Assembly: GCA_964016885.1 (NCBI GenBank)
Contig: OZ024744.1
Coordinates: forward strand, 55,490,001-55,554,000
Direction of reading: 5' to 3'
DNA: 64,000 bases
DNA from: Eledone cirrhosa
Taxonomy: Eukaryota
The translations under genes were made by a program, and so were the position numbers. Under the pieces are notes generated by a model, which was not told where the DNA came from, searched no databases, and worked only from the letters and a program-made list of their open reading frames with translations. Of the stretch, positions 1 to 12,509 are shown one piece after another. Numbering within the stretch: position 1 is the stretch's first letter; every line of letters begins with the position of its first letter.

Positions 1-1175
1 AAAGGCGTTGCAAACCTTCCTCCAAGAGATGTTATAGTTAATATTTTTGTCTTTTAAGGGCCATATGAGTTCCGAGAGTGCCGTGTTAGTTCTTTTAAGT
101 TGGTATTTAAAAGACGATTTGTGATTGTAAAATCTTGCTTTAAAGGAAGTGGAAGTGGAACCGAAATAGGTAAAAGAATTAGTACCAGTTATAACCTTAC
201 ATTCATACACTAAGTTTTTATCAAGACATTGGTTATTAAGAGGACATTTAGTTCTAACAGGGCAATTACAATTACGACTAGAGAAATTAACAGAGTTATT
301 AACAAGTGACCTAGTATTATTTATAGAAGGAATTGGATTGGAGAAGTTATTTACGAAAGGAACTATAGTTTCCTGATTTAGATTGGTATTATGAACATTC
401 AACGAAGTTACGTTTGACGTCGTATTTAAATTTACTGAATCTAGCCTAGAGTTAACATTGACGTCGGGTATACTATTGCTATTATTATGACGCTCAGTGT
501 TGGATGGATGTAATTTATTATTTAATATTTTATTATTGTGTTTAGAAATAATGTTAGAGATGTTGGAAGTGGTGGAATAATAAGAGAATTTGATTGTATG
601 TTTGTTAAAGATTTTACTATAGATATGCGAGGGCGGGAAGCATTTATCTAAGGCCCTAAAGAATAGTTTAGGAATATTACTAGTAATAGATAGAGAAAAA
701 GGAGCATTATGCCAAATCATATTTTTGTATCTAGGTCTTTTATTTAAGTTATTGGAATGTTCATAATTAACTATTTTACTATAAATCCTTCGATGATTGG
801 TTTCTTTACTGTATTTAATTTTATCAGGATAACCGGCTTTGGAAAGCGCATTATTATAGTAATTGGCATTAGCGTCGAAGATAATTTTATTAGAGGATAG
901 ATTTGAGATTCTATTTTCAATATTACTGACTATAGCATTTTTAACGTTAGTGGGGTGGTTAGATTTAAAATTAACATAATTTAGATTCTCATTGTCTTTA
1001 TGGTAAGGGTAATATAGGCCAGTGTCAAGATTAAGGGATATATCCAAGTAGTTAGCTAGTTTGACGTTGTTATCAAATTCAATTTTAAGGTTATGGTGCT
1101 TAAATACATCAAGTATATTGTTCCTAATAATATTAAGGTTAAGTAAGTTACAGTTTAAGACAGTAAAAAGGGCAT
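1..1175 (-). mobile_element. Penelope-like retroelement ORF fragment (RT C-terminal/thumb + linker + GIY-YIG endonuclease), probably Naiad-type; 5'-truncated and runs off the window start
   Basis: Manual minus-strand translation is open for ~390 codons: ...NYLDISLNLDTGLYYPYHK...SNHPTNVK...YNNALSKAGY...IWHNAPFS...IFNKHTIKFSY...CNCPVRTKCPLNNQCLDKNLVYECKV...YFGSTSTSFKARFYNHKSSF...TALSELIW. VYE..YFG..R is the GIY-YIG core, preceded by CxCx5C. Confidence 0.93.
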
Positions 1176-1239
1176 TGCATTGCTTTATTGTAAAAAGGGC
1201 ATTGCATTGCTTTATTGTGGTACAATAAAACTCACCTCC

Positions 1240-2592
<1,353 letters not shown>

Positions 2593-2924
2593 CGGCTTAA
2601 TTCGGGATGTTTGTTTACAAACACACCGAGCATTATAATAAATGTTCGGTGAATCCATACGTACATATATATATGTGTGCATGTATGTATATATACATAC
2701 TACTTTACGTCTGTATACATATATGTATGTACGTATACATACTTATATTTACGTAACAGCCGGACTAAGAGTGAGAAATGAAATTTCGTTTCATTTTGTC
2801 CGTTTATCGTTTTCGGTACCCCGGCCGATTAACTCTCTCGATTTGCAAATTAGGCTGCTCAGCCGTTAATATGCATGAGGAAAGTATATACTTTCAGACG
2901 TTCAATCATCTGGCAGGAAGGTAT

Positions 2925-2967
2925 ACGTTGCTGACGATAGCTAATAAGCTTGAAACTAGTACAGCGT
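2925..2967 (+). ncRNA. Type I hammerhead ribozyme, family B unit 1
   Basis: ACGTTG-CTGACGA-T-AGCT-aata-AGCT-T-GAAA-CTAG-TA-CAGCGT; U.U at the stem II base pair; GUA triplet. Confidence 0.8.
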
Positions 2968-3357
2968 TCCTTTGTCAGGGTTGAACAAATGAGCAACGAT
3001 GGTTGCTAGACACTGTACGGCTTAATTTCGGATGTTTGTTTACAAACACACCGAGCATTATAATAAATGTTCGGTGAATCCATACGTACATATATATATG
3101 TGTGCATGTATGTATATATATATACATACTACTGTACGTCTGTATACATATATGTATGTATGTACGTATACATACTTATATTTAAGTAACAGCCGTACTA
3201 AGAGTGAGAAATGAAATTTCGTTTCATTTTTTTCGTTTATCGTTTTCGGAACCCCGGGCGATTAACTCACTCGATATGCAAATTAGGCTGCTCAGCCGTT
3301 AATATGCATAAGGAAAGTATATACTTTCAGACGTTCAATCATCTGGCAGGAAGGTAT

Positions 3358-3400
3358 ACGTTGCTGACGATAGCTAATAAGATTGAAACTAGTACCGCGT
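3358..3400 (+). ncRNA. Type I hammerhead motif, family B unit 2 (stem I/II mismatches)
   Basis: CTGACGA 3364-3370...GAAACTAGTA; AGAT and CCGCGT variants weaken stems II and I. Confidence 0.65.
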
Positions 3401-3786
3401 TCCTTTGTCAGGGTTGAACAAATGAGCAACGATGGTTGCTAGACACTGTACGGCTTAATTCGGGATGTTTGTTTACAAACACACCGAGCATTATAATAAA
3501 TGTTCGGTGAATCCATACTTACATATATATATGTGTGCATGTATGTATATATATATACATACTACTATACGTCTGTATACATATATGTATGTACGTATAC
3601 ATACTTATATTTAAGTAACAGCCGTACTAAGAGTGAGAAATGAAATTTCGTTTTATTTTTTCCGTTTATCATTTTCGGTACCCAGGCCGATTACCTCACT
3701 CTATATGCAAATTAGGCTGCTCAGCCATTAATGTGCATAAGGAAAGTATATACTTTCAGACGTTCAATCTTCTGGCAGGAAGGTAT

Positions 3787-3829
3787 ACGTTGCTGACGAT
3801 AGCTAATAAGCTTGAAACTAGTACAGCGT
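3787..3829 (+). ncRNA. Type I hammerhead ribozyme, family B unit 3
   Basis: Same HHR sequence as unit 1; CTGACGA 3793-3799. Confidence 0.8.
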
Positions 3830-4217
3830 TCCTTTGTCAGGGTTGAACAAATGAGCAACGATGGTTGCTAGACACTGTACGGCTTAATTCGGGATGTTTG
3901 TTTACAAACACACCGAGCATTATAATAAATGTTCGGTGAATCCATACGTACATATATATATATGTGTGCATGTATGTATATATATATACATACTACTGTA
4001 CGTATGTATACATATATGTATGTACGTATATATACTTATATTTAAGTAACAGCCGTACTAAGAGTGAGAAATGAAATTTCGTTTCATTTTTTCCGTTTAT
4101 CGTTTTCGGTACCCCGGCCGATTAACTCACTCGATATGCAAATTAGGCTGCTCAGCCGTAAATATGCATAAGGAAAGTATATACTTTCAGACGTTCAATC
4201 ATCTGGCAGGAAGGTAT

Positions 4218-4260
4218 ACGTTGCTGTCGATAGCTAATAAGATTGAAACTAGTACCGCGT
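4218..4260 (+). ncRNA. Hammerhead motif, family B unit 4, core mutated (CTGTCGA)
   Basis: A>T substitution in the CUGANGA core at 4227; likely inactive. Confidence 0.6.
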
Positions 4261-4475
4261 TCCTTTGTCAGGGTTGAACAAATGAGCAACGATGGTTGCT
4301 AGACACTGTACGGCTTAATTCGGGATGTTTGTTTACAAACACACCGAGTATTATAATAAATGTTCGGTGAATCCATACGTACATATATATATATATGTGT
4401 GCATGTATGTATATATATATACATACTACTGTACGTCTGTATACATATATGTATGTACGTATACATACTTATATA

Positions 4476-5232
<757 letters not shown>

Positions 5233-5308
5233 AAATGAAGTAATTCCGTCGGAAAAGTCCAGGTTTTTAGGTTTTTAGAATCCAGTATCAATAAATACAC
5301 CAGGATTT

Positions 5309-5368
5309 TTTCATTCTGATGATTGAAAGCAAAATTTCTTGCTTTTAAGAAACCACTGGTAAATGGAA
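5309..5368 (+). ncRNA. Type I hammerhead ribozyme, family D
   Basis: Stem I TTTCATT/AATGGAA; CTGATGA 5316-5322; 10-bp stem II TTGAAAGCAA/TTGCTTTTAA; GAAA 5349-5352; stem III ACC-act-GGT; GUA triplet. Confidence 0.85.
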
Positions 5369-5450
5369 TAATTGCCTTATGTTGTTTATTACATAACTAT
5401 GTATATATATATGTATATATACATATATATATATAAATATATATATATAC

Positions 5451-5483
<33 letters not shown>

Positions 5484-5515
5484 TATATGCATATATATAT
5501 ATATGTATATATACA

Positions 5516-5621
<106 letters not shown>

Positions 5622-5653
5622 TGTATATATATATGTATATATACATATATATA

Positions 5654-5708
<55 letters not shown>

Positions 5709-5926
5709 GTATATATACATATATATATATATGTATATATATACATGTATATATATATATGTATATATACATATATATATGTATATATTTGTATATATAT
5801 ATAATGTAGGAGGTGAGTTTTATTGTCGAACAAAGCAATGCAAATATCGGATAAGTAGCACTCAACAGTTTATTGGACTGGAGTATATATAAGAAGATAT
5901 TGAAAGATGGTTAAAAAAGTTCCAAT

Positions 5927-5997
5927 TATTTTATTATGCGCATTTCAAAAACAAATATCATCCTGGGACGATATGTGCGTCCTCATCAGATAAAATA
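5927..5997 (-). ncRNA. Type I hammerhead ribozyme, family C (left arm)
   Basis: Minus strand: TATTTTAT-CTGATGA-[long stem II gcacatatcgtcc/ggatgatatttgt]-GAAA-TGCGCA-TA-ATAAAATA; perfect 8-bp stem I and palindromic stem III. Confidence 0.75.
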
Positions 5998-6100
5998 GGG
6001 AGGCATGATATGATGCTTAAAAAAACAAACACTTGTGAACAATGTTGATTAGACACTACCTTGTTCACAAGTGTTTTTTAATCATCATATCATGCCTCCC

Positions 6101-6168
6101 TATTTTATCTGATGAGGACGCAAATATCGACCCAGGATATTTGTTTTTGAAATGCGCATAATTAAATA
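6101..6168 (+). ncRNA. Type I hammerhead ribozyme, family C (right arm)
   Basis: TATTTTAT-CTGATGA(6109-6115)...GAAA(6149-6152)TGCGCATA-ATTAAATA; the base of stem II is weak. Confidence 0.7.
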
Positions 6169-6204
6169 ATTGGAACTTTTTTAACCATCTTTCAATTTCT
6201 TCTT

Positions 6205-6263
<59 letters not shown>

Positions 6264-6423
6264 CTTTTATCTGAATGTGTGCATGCGTGTGTATATGTAT
6301 GTACACGTCTTTTTCTTTGCTATATATTTTTATTTTTTAATGTTTATCCCGTTATTTTTCCAGCCTCACTTCCAATTTTTAACAGATTTAAAATCTCATT
6401 TGATATCTTTTATCTATAACATC

Positions 6424-6491
6424 TCTATTTGACGACCGATCCAGACGTATATATTATTATCGTCTGTGATCCAGAAACCTTTGGTAATGGA
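6424..6491 (+). ncRNA. Variant hammerhead motif, family D (UUGACGA core)
   Basis: TCTAT-TTGACGA-..GATC.CAGACG/CGTCTG.GATC..-GAAACCTTTGGTA-ATGGA; shares the atggaataatt downstream flank with the 5309 copy. Confidence 0.6.
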
Positions 6492-6524
6492 ATAATTATA
6501 TTTTGTGTTGTTCTCTTTCTAGTC

Positions 6525-7393
6525 AGCAGGGTTCTTCAAAACACAACAGAACCCTCTGTGTTCAGAGAACGTGAGGCCGCCTGTGAGACGTGGGGCCGGC
6601 TGGGACTTAGCCCAGTAGACGTCCCTCCTCCTTCTCTTTCTGTTGACGTGAAGTCCCCCCAACGCACTTGGAATGCCATCCAGTGCAGCCTGGCCTCAGA
6701 CAGGCTCACGCGCCACCTCGACCAGCACCGCCTTGCTTGTTTTCGTGCGGCCTCCAAACCCCACAGTGGTGCCTAGCTCCATGCCCTGCCCTCCTTCTCC
6801 ACTGGCACGCAGCTAGACAACTATAGCCTGAATCGGCGTTTCCCTGAGGCTCGGCCTCCGGATCTGCCAACAACACCAATGTCGCTGCAGTTCCACTGTG
6901 GACTCTTTCGGCCTCCACCCGCTTTCCTGTCACCACAATGCCGGCCGCATTCCACGCCATGCTGCCCTCAACGAGGTCATTAAGCATGGCTTGGACGCTG
7001 GAGGCCTCCCTTCCCAGCTCGAGCCACGGTGGCAAACCCCTCGTCTGGGATGCTACTTGCACCGACACTCTCTGCAGCCGCAACCTGGTGCAGCCTGCGA
7101 CTGACCCAGGTTCTGCTGCACCTCGGGCTGAGGAGGCCAAACTTCTCAAATACCGGTCGCTCTCCGTCAGGTTTGCGGTCGTACCCCTGGCAGTGGAGAC
7201 TTCTGGTGTCCTCGGCCTCAGGGCTACCTCCTTACTCACCACCATAGGCGCTGAGCTGGCCAGCCGCAGATGTGAGCCCCGCGAGTTGGCGTGGCTTTTC
7301 CAACGCGTCTTCCTTGCCGTCCTCCGAGGAAACGCCTTCTCCATTCTGTCCGCCGGGGCTGTGGGTGGGCCCCATCACGTATCATTTTTGTAA
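6525..7393 (+). mobile_element. Degenerate CRE-clade non-LTR retrotransposon 3' part (Zn knuckle remnant + restriction-like endonuclease)
   Basis: GC-rich island. Peptides [16 protein letters not shown] and [48 protein letters not shown] lie across frameshifts. Confidence 0.8.
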
Positions 7394-7417
7394 ATATGAC
7401 AACAGTTAGTGATTAAA

Positions 7418-7479
<62 letters not shown>

Positions 7480-7569
7480 TCTCATATTCTATATATTGAT
7501 ACTAATTCTTGTGTAAAACAACTTCATTCAAACACAAACAATTAAATATATATATATATATATATTTGA

Positions 7570-7770
7570 GGCTCATCAGGCTGGTGCTTATCTCGGTTAA
7601 ACCTCCAGCTATTGCTGGTACTCATTTTCAGTTAAGTATACTGGAGCAACATGAAATGAAGTGTTTTGCTCAAGAACACAAGACAGTTTTGTACAGTTTT
7701 GATACTGAGTAGACTAAAGCAACGTGAATGGGAATGTTCTGATCAGGAACACAACGTGCTATACGGTCCA
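7570..7770 (-). mobile_element. SINE fragments (CORE-like body)
   Basis: Reverse complement ttcttgagcaaaacacttcatttcatgttgctccag matches the SINE bodies at 57065 and 63515. Confidence 0.6.
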
Positions 7771-7964
7771 CGACGTTGGTTTAACATCCTAGCATCCAGG
7801 ATTTGGGGCTAGCAATCATAATATCGCCGACCGGGCAGGGGGCTGAATTAAGTGCAAGAATTGCGAGTGCTGGTGCAGTAAATCGCAAGAATTGCAGGTG
7901 CTGGTGCAGTAATTCGCCAATTTCAGCATTCTATCATCAGAAGAAGGAAGGAAAGTATAAAAAT

Positions 7965-8290
7965 CAAACACGCTATCTTCAATTTGGTGTTCGTGCTTAC
8001 CCTTACCTATGGTCATGAATCTTGGGTAATGAGCGAATGAATACAATCGCGAATACAAGCGGCCGAAACGGGGTTGCTTAATAGGAACTCAGAAATCAGG
8101 AAGTCGCTCCAGATAAAGCCGTTACTTCTCGGAATTGACAGATTTTACGGGTAAAACCAACCGGGCAAGATAGTGGATAACATCCATGAGCTCGGTTGGT
8201 CTCGCTTGGGGATCCAGCCGATTCAAATAGAAACAGTTGCTGCTGACAGGATTCACTGGAAAGCTTGTTTGAAGACTCTTCCCTCAAAAT
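7965..8290 (+). mobile_element. RTE-clade LINE 3' fragment
   Basis: Encodes LTYGHESWVMSE*IQSRIQAAETG, a typical RTE post-RT motif. Confidence 0.7.
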
Positions 8291-8632
8291 CCTCCCAAAA
8301 ATAACTGGGCGAAAAAGATATATTTATTTATTTCTAAATACTCTGCACCCCATTATGCATCGAGTACTACTTTGATTAGTGGTATTTCTGGACTTAGAAT
8401 CGAAGGCACTCCATATATATAAATATCTATATACATGTGTGTGTGTGTGCAAGGGAATCCGTAGATGAAAGACAAAGGAAAACAATGCTCAATGCACGTG
8501 AGCCAATTTAGTATAATAAAAACCGGGCCCCGATGAGAGGCCAGTATACACTAGTGGCCATAACTGAACCCCGAAACCTAATGTCACACATGTTAAGTGT
8601 ATGAATTTTTTTTAACGTCATCTATATTATAT

Positions 8633-8699
8633 ATATATGATGAACGGGCTGGACGTTTCTGTAAGAATCGTCTAGTTTCTTGAAACCTTTGGTAATGGA
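8633..8699 (+). ncRNA. Degenerate hammerhead motif, family D
   Basis: ATGATGA..TGGACG/CGTCTA..GAAACCTTTGGTAATGGAA, homologous to 6424-6491; the 5' side is replaced by AT repeat. Confidence 0.45.
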
Positions 8700-8860
8700 A
8701 TCATTATATTGTGTTGTTTATTATGTAATTAAATAGCTTTGTACAATACATAGAGCACTCTTCTGTATTTATATTTAATATGTCTATTACATGATGTCTT
8801 TCTCCCTACCCTAGTTTTTATAACTTAGTTCAGCCCCACAGGTATTGCAACCCTTAATGT

Positions 8861-9330
8861 TTACAGTATTTCTGTGTGTAACCCGTTGTGGATAATAAAG
8901 AAATCGATATGAATATTATTGTTATTTATTGAAGTTTCCTTTGGTATTTTAACCAAGGCACTAAAAAATGTTTTTTTTGTCATCAACAGCTTCTTCCTAT
9001 TTATGGCAATTTCATTTATAATCGCTGATATCAATGGAAGATGAATTCGGTTTGTCATAACACATCGCTTCCTTCGTTCTTGCGAAGTTTCTCGTGGAAA
9101 ACATCCGTTTCTCTGACAGTCATTTCAAAATATTCTAGAAGCGCCTTGTTACTTTGTTCATAAGTTCTAATATTATACAATTTTCTTTTTACTTCGTATA
9201 GGTTACTTATGTGGACTTTTAAATCTTCAATCTCCTGTTCCAAATGGCGTAACCCCCTTTTAAAAAAAATGTAGTATTGGTCGTTTGTATGGATTACAAG
9301 TAACAACTCTTTGCGGGGGTATATATACAT
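8861..9330 (-). pseudogene. Frameshifted tandem duplicate of the 3' half of the 9602-10381 ORF
   Basis: LEQEIEDLK..YFEMTVRE..KLRK aligns to LKKEVEDLK..YFEMSVRE..KLRM; EAMCYDKPN follows after a frameshift. The 3' flank 8780-8900 is similar to 9410-9560. Confidence 0.75.
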
Positions 9331-9601
9331 AACACTGTGTTTGTTGTATATATATTTATATAAATATGTGTCTGTGTGTATATATCATAATGTGTGTGTC
9401 AGTGTGTTTAATCTGTCTATTATATAATGTCTTTTTCCCTACCCTCGTTTTCTTTACATAACTTTGTCGAACACCACATGTATCGCAACCCTTAAGTCTA
9501 ATTTTTAAAAACTGTATTCGTATGTGTAAACCCTTGTGGTTAATAAAGAAATCATTTTTTATTTTTATTATTATCGTTATTTATTGTAGTTTCCTTTGAT
9601 T

Positions 9602-10381
9602 TTAAACCAATGCGCAAAAACCATAAGTTGTGTCATTAGTAATTTCTTTTTCCTTCGGAACATCGTCATTTATAATCTCTGTAATGAACTGAACTAGACA
9701 CCGATTCGGTTTCTCGTAACACACGGCTTCGATCATACGAAGTTTAACGAGGAAAATATGTTTTTCTCTGACACTCATTTCAAAATATCCTGAAAGGGTT
9801 TTGTTAGTTTGTTGATAATGATTAATAGAATGCAATAAACTCTGTTTGGCTCCTTGTAGGGTATTTATTTGGAATTTTAAATCTTCGACCTCCTTTTTCA
9901 ATTTATGTAATTTTCCTTTAAATTTTAAGTAATTATTCTCTGTTTGGGTTGCACGAACAAATGTTATAGGAATAATCTGTCTAAAACTTAGCGGTGTTCT
10001 AGCACGGAAGTATTTGGTTCTTTTACTAAGTACCAATTTATTGTTACACTCTTTACAGTCCTCACGCTCGATGACAACAACCTGCTTGGTAACAATTCCA
10101 TCCGATCGGTATCTTTTGATGAGCCCACCATCTGATTTTGTTCGTCCATGGTTTGTCCTCGGTGTATTTTCTTCCGAGTCCGAGACACTTTTTGACTTGG
10201 TCAAAAATGACTCGTATTGCACCATAGTCGCAATATGTTGTCCATGTTTGTCTGAGGCACCTAGTGCTGGTGGTATTTTCTTTGTATTACAGACTGATTT
10301 ATATCGACCCGGAACTGACACTACTGATGGTGTTGATGGGCGTGTTGTGGTTGTTGTTGGGGGTGTCATAATTCTTAACAT
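9602..10381 (-). CDS. Intronless 259-aa protein: S/T/P-rich N-terminus, coiled coil, EB1 C-terminal (EBH)-like domain
   Basis: Long non-repetitive ORF in AT-rich DNA. VREKHIFLVKLRMIEAVCYE..LVQFITEII resembles the EB-family EKERDFYFxKLRxIExxCQE..VLQRIVDIL pattern (by eye). Confidence 0.6.
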   Translation of the reverse strand: MLRIMTPPTTTTTRPSTPSVVSVPGRYKSVCNTKKIPPALGASDKHGQHIATMVQYESFLTKSKSVSDSEENTPRTNHGRTKSDGGLIKRYRSDGIVTKQVVVIEREDCKECNNKLVLSKRTKYFRARTPLSFRQIIPITFVRATQTENNYLKFKGKLHKLKKEVEDLKFQINTLQGAKQSLLHSINHYQQTNKTLSGYFEMSVREKHIFLVKLRMIEAVCYEKPNRCLVQFITEIINDDVPKEKEITNDTTYGFCALV

Positions 10382-10973
10382 AATTTCTTGTGGGGGAAGG
10401 TCATGAAAATGTCTGTATCGTGAACTGAAATATATTCAATAGAGTTTAACATTAGTAGAGATGTTGTTGATGAAGTAGAAGGTTGAGTTCATGTTGTTGT
10501 TCTAGAACCTGAGAATCTTCTGTTGTTTCGTGGACTGGGTGATGTTGGTGTTTGATGTTTAAAAAGAGTTTAGGCTATGTTGTTGGTCTACGACTTGAAA
10601 ATTTGCTTCGTGGACTGTACTACATTCAAGCAGACATCACATTAGTAGTGACGATGGTGTTGATGAAGAAGCGCTTAGGTTATGATTCGAAAAACCTAAC
10701 TACTAATGTCAGTATAATAAAGCATAGTAAACTATGACATCATCGCTGTTTATAACGTTCCACATGACAACTTCAATGTTTTTTAAGTAGAGTTTTATCG
10801 CAGACATACTTTTCACTCTGCAGGCCATTGCAGATGTATGTATATATAAAAAATTATTTTTCCATCTCTAGGGGTACTTTACCCGATTTTCTCAACTACC
10901 ACCAATTATTATTATGATCATTGGTATTAGGACACACATATTACAAATTTCTAATTTTTCCAATCCCTCCTTA

Positions 10974-11049
10974 TAGGGTGTCCTCCAGAAATGCATACAC
11001 ATATTTATTAGAATGCTGATGAAATGTGTATACTTTTTGGGACACCCTG
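10974..11049. mobile_element. Tiny Tc1/mariner-like MITE
   Basis: Imperfect TIRs agggtgtcc..atacacat / atgtgtat..ggacaccct in a TA context. Confidence 0.6.
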
Positions 11050-11065
11050 GATATATATATATATA

Positions 11066-11245
11066 ATTGTTTCTACTTTTGGCACAAGGCCAGAAATTAC
11101 CCAGTACATTACTGGTACTTTATTTTATCGACCCCGTAAGGATCAAAGGCAAAGTTAACCGCGGCGGGATTTGAACTCAGTTCGTAAAGGGACGTAACTG
11201 TGCTGCAAAGCATGACGTCCGACCCTCTACCGATACTGCCAATCC
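11066..11245 (-). mobile_element. tRNA-derived SINE with Nin/Deu-like domain
   Basis: Reverse complement has B box gagttcaaatcc followed by atcctt..ggggtcgataaaataaagtaccag; related copies at 12510-12616 (-), 44967-45185 (+) and 56625-56765 (+). Confidence 0.75.
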
Positions 11246-11449
11246 ACCTATAATATTAATATATAAGGGAACAAAGAATCTGTGTTGCATCATATACATA
11301 TTTAATTACATATTACATATGTTTCACTGTCGATCAGCTCGGGGAACGATCTATTAATGATCGAACCTGACACTGGAATCCGAAGCTCCTCAGATATGTT
11401 CTAACATGTAGACTCGCGTCTGAGAGTGGTTGAATATTATCCCGATTCA

Positions 11450-12420
11450 TTCTTATATGCTACCACAAATTCTATCATAGGGGTATGACAGAATTTGTGG
11501 TAGCATATGAGAATGAGTCGGAATAATAAATTGAAGTGAAAACCAACAGGTGCGTGTGTTTTTATTGGCAGCATGACCCTACCAAAGTATAGCACAGGAC
11601 AAAGACAATGGGAAAAAAACAACGGATTTTTTGCTAGCTTATTAAAAAGCTGAGGTCCTTTGAACTCCAAGTTATTGCAGTATGTGGTCCTTATTCTTGA
11701 TGCGACGGATGGGTCCTTTGACAGTACTCAGTGGAGTCCTGTTCGTGGGCTGGTCCTGTTTTCAATGCCAGAGTTTGGTGCTAACCCTTTCAGGATCTTC
11801 CATACGTATACCACTGCGTATCTCTCATTCTTTCGCTCCAGGTAGTGAAGCTTTAGTTTCTTCTGCCTCCCCCAGTTGCTCATCTCTTTCATTGAGGCAA
11901 TCCTCTTGGTGTAGCTCCGTTCAATTGCTTCAGGTTCTACAGTTTGTTTGACACCGTGGGGCGACCACAGCTGAGAGCAATAGTTCAGTCGGCTGAGGAT
12001 GAAAGTCCTCCAGAGCACCAGAATGGTTTCCATGTATCTTGTTTTGAAAACCCTCAGAATTCAAGCCGCCAGTCGTCAGCACCTTGCCATCATTTTGGTG
12101 ATGTGTGCATCATTACTTATGTCAATACTTAGGTCCTGTATTGATTTTGACTCTGGGATTTCGATTCATCCTGGTCCAGTGTATCTTTGTTGTGGTGGTC
12201 CTATGTTTATGGGTTGATAGCGGGATGCTTGAAACATACCTGCATTAAATTGCATATTGATGTCTGCAGCCCATTCGTATATGGCATCTAAATCTTGTAA
12301 GAGAGTAGCATCAGCCGATTTCTTGATTGCCTGTGCCACTTTCGTGTCATTAGCCTAACTTGTATTACAGAGGGCTTGCCTGAGAGAGCCACCACAAACA
12401 GTAGTGGTCCCAAGATATGT
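11450..12420 (-). mobile_element. Decayed CR1/Jockey-group LINE RT C-terminal fragment
   Basis: Peptides GPLLFVV, DTKV..DLDAIYEW..MQFN, SRLNYCSQLWSPH and YVWKILKGL, with stops and frameshifts. Confidence 0.8.
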
Positions 12421-12509
12421 AGATTGGGTAACCGAGACTGCGACAATGTATATACATACTTTCAATATGCAGACATGTAAACACACACATATATGTATAT
12501 ATACACAAT

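Larger units (their letters stand above)
2593..4475 (+). repeat. Family B tandem array, ~430-bp unit x ~4.4, one HHR per unit (retrozyme-like satellite)
   Basis: Units start with cggcttaatt at 2593, 3018, 3451, 3880 and 4311 (periods 425, 433, 429, 431); units are highly similar. Confidence 0.95.
5889..6209. repeat. ~155-bp-arm inverted repeat (fold-back) with one HHR per arm
   Basis: 5889-6046 is the near-perfect reverse complement of 6058-6209, with a ~11-bp spacer. Confidence 0.92.

Noticed and set aside
2778-4277. Four near-identical 68-aa ORFs (MKFRFI..)
   Set aside because: A consequence of the tandem repeat; no recognisable domain, and the region is better explained by the promoter motif and HHR.
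2593-4475. CRISPR-like array
   Set aside because: Whole units repeat with no unique spacers; eukaryotic context and no cas genes.
7905-7945. Minus-strand CTGATGA..GAAA motif
   Set aside because: Stem II is only 2 bp and there is no stem I; probably chance.
8525-8590. CCGATGA...GAAAC..GTC hammerhead-like motif
   Set aside because: Core substitution and no stem I pairing; at best a relic.
10014-10406. 130-aa plus-strand ORF
   Set aside because: Antisense shadow of the 9602-10381 ORF.
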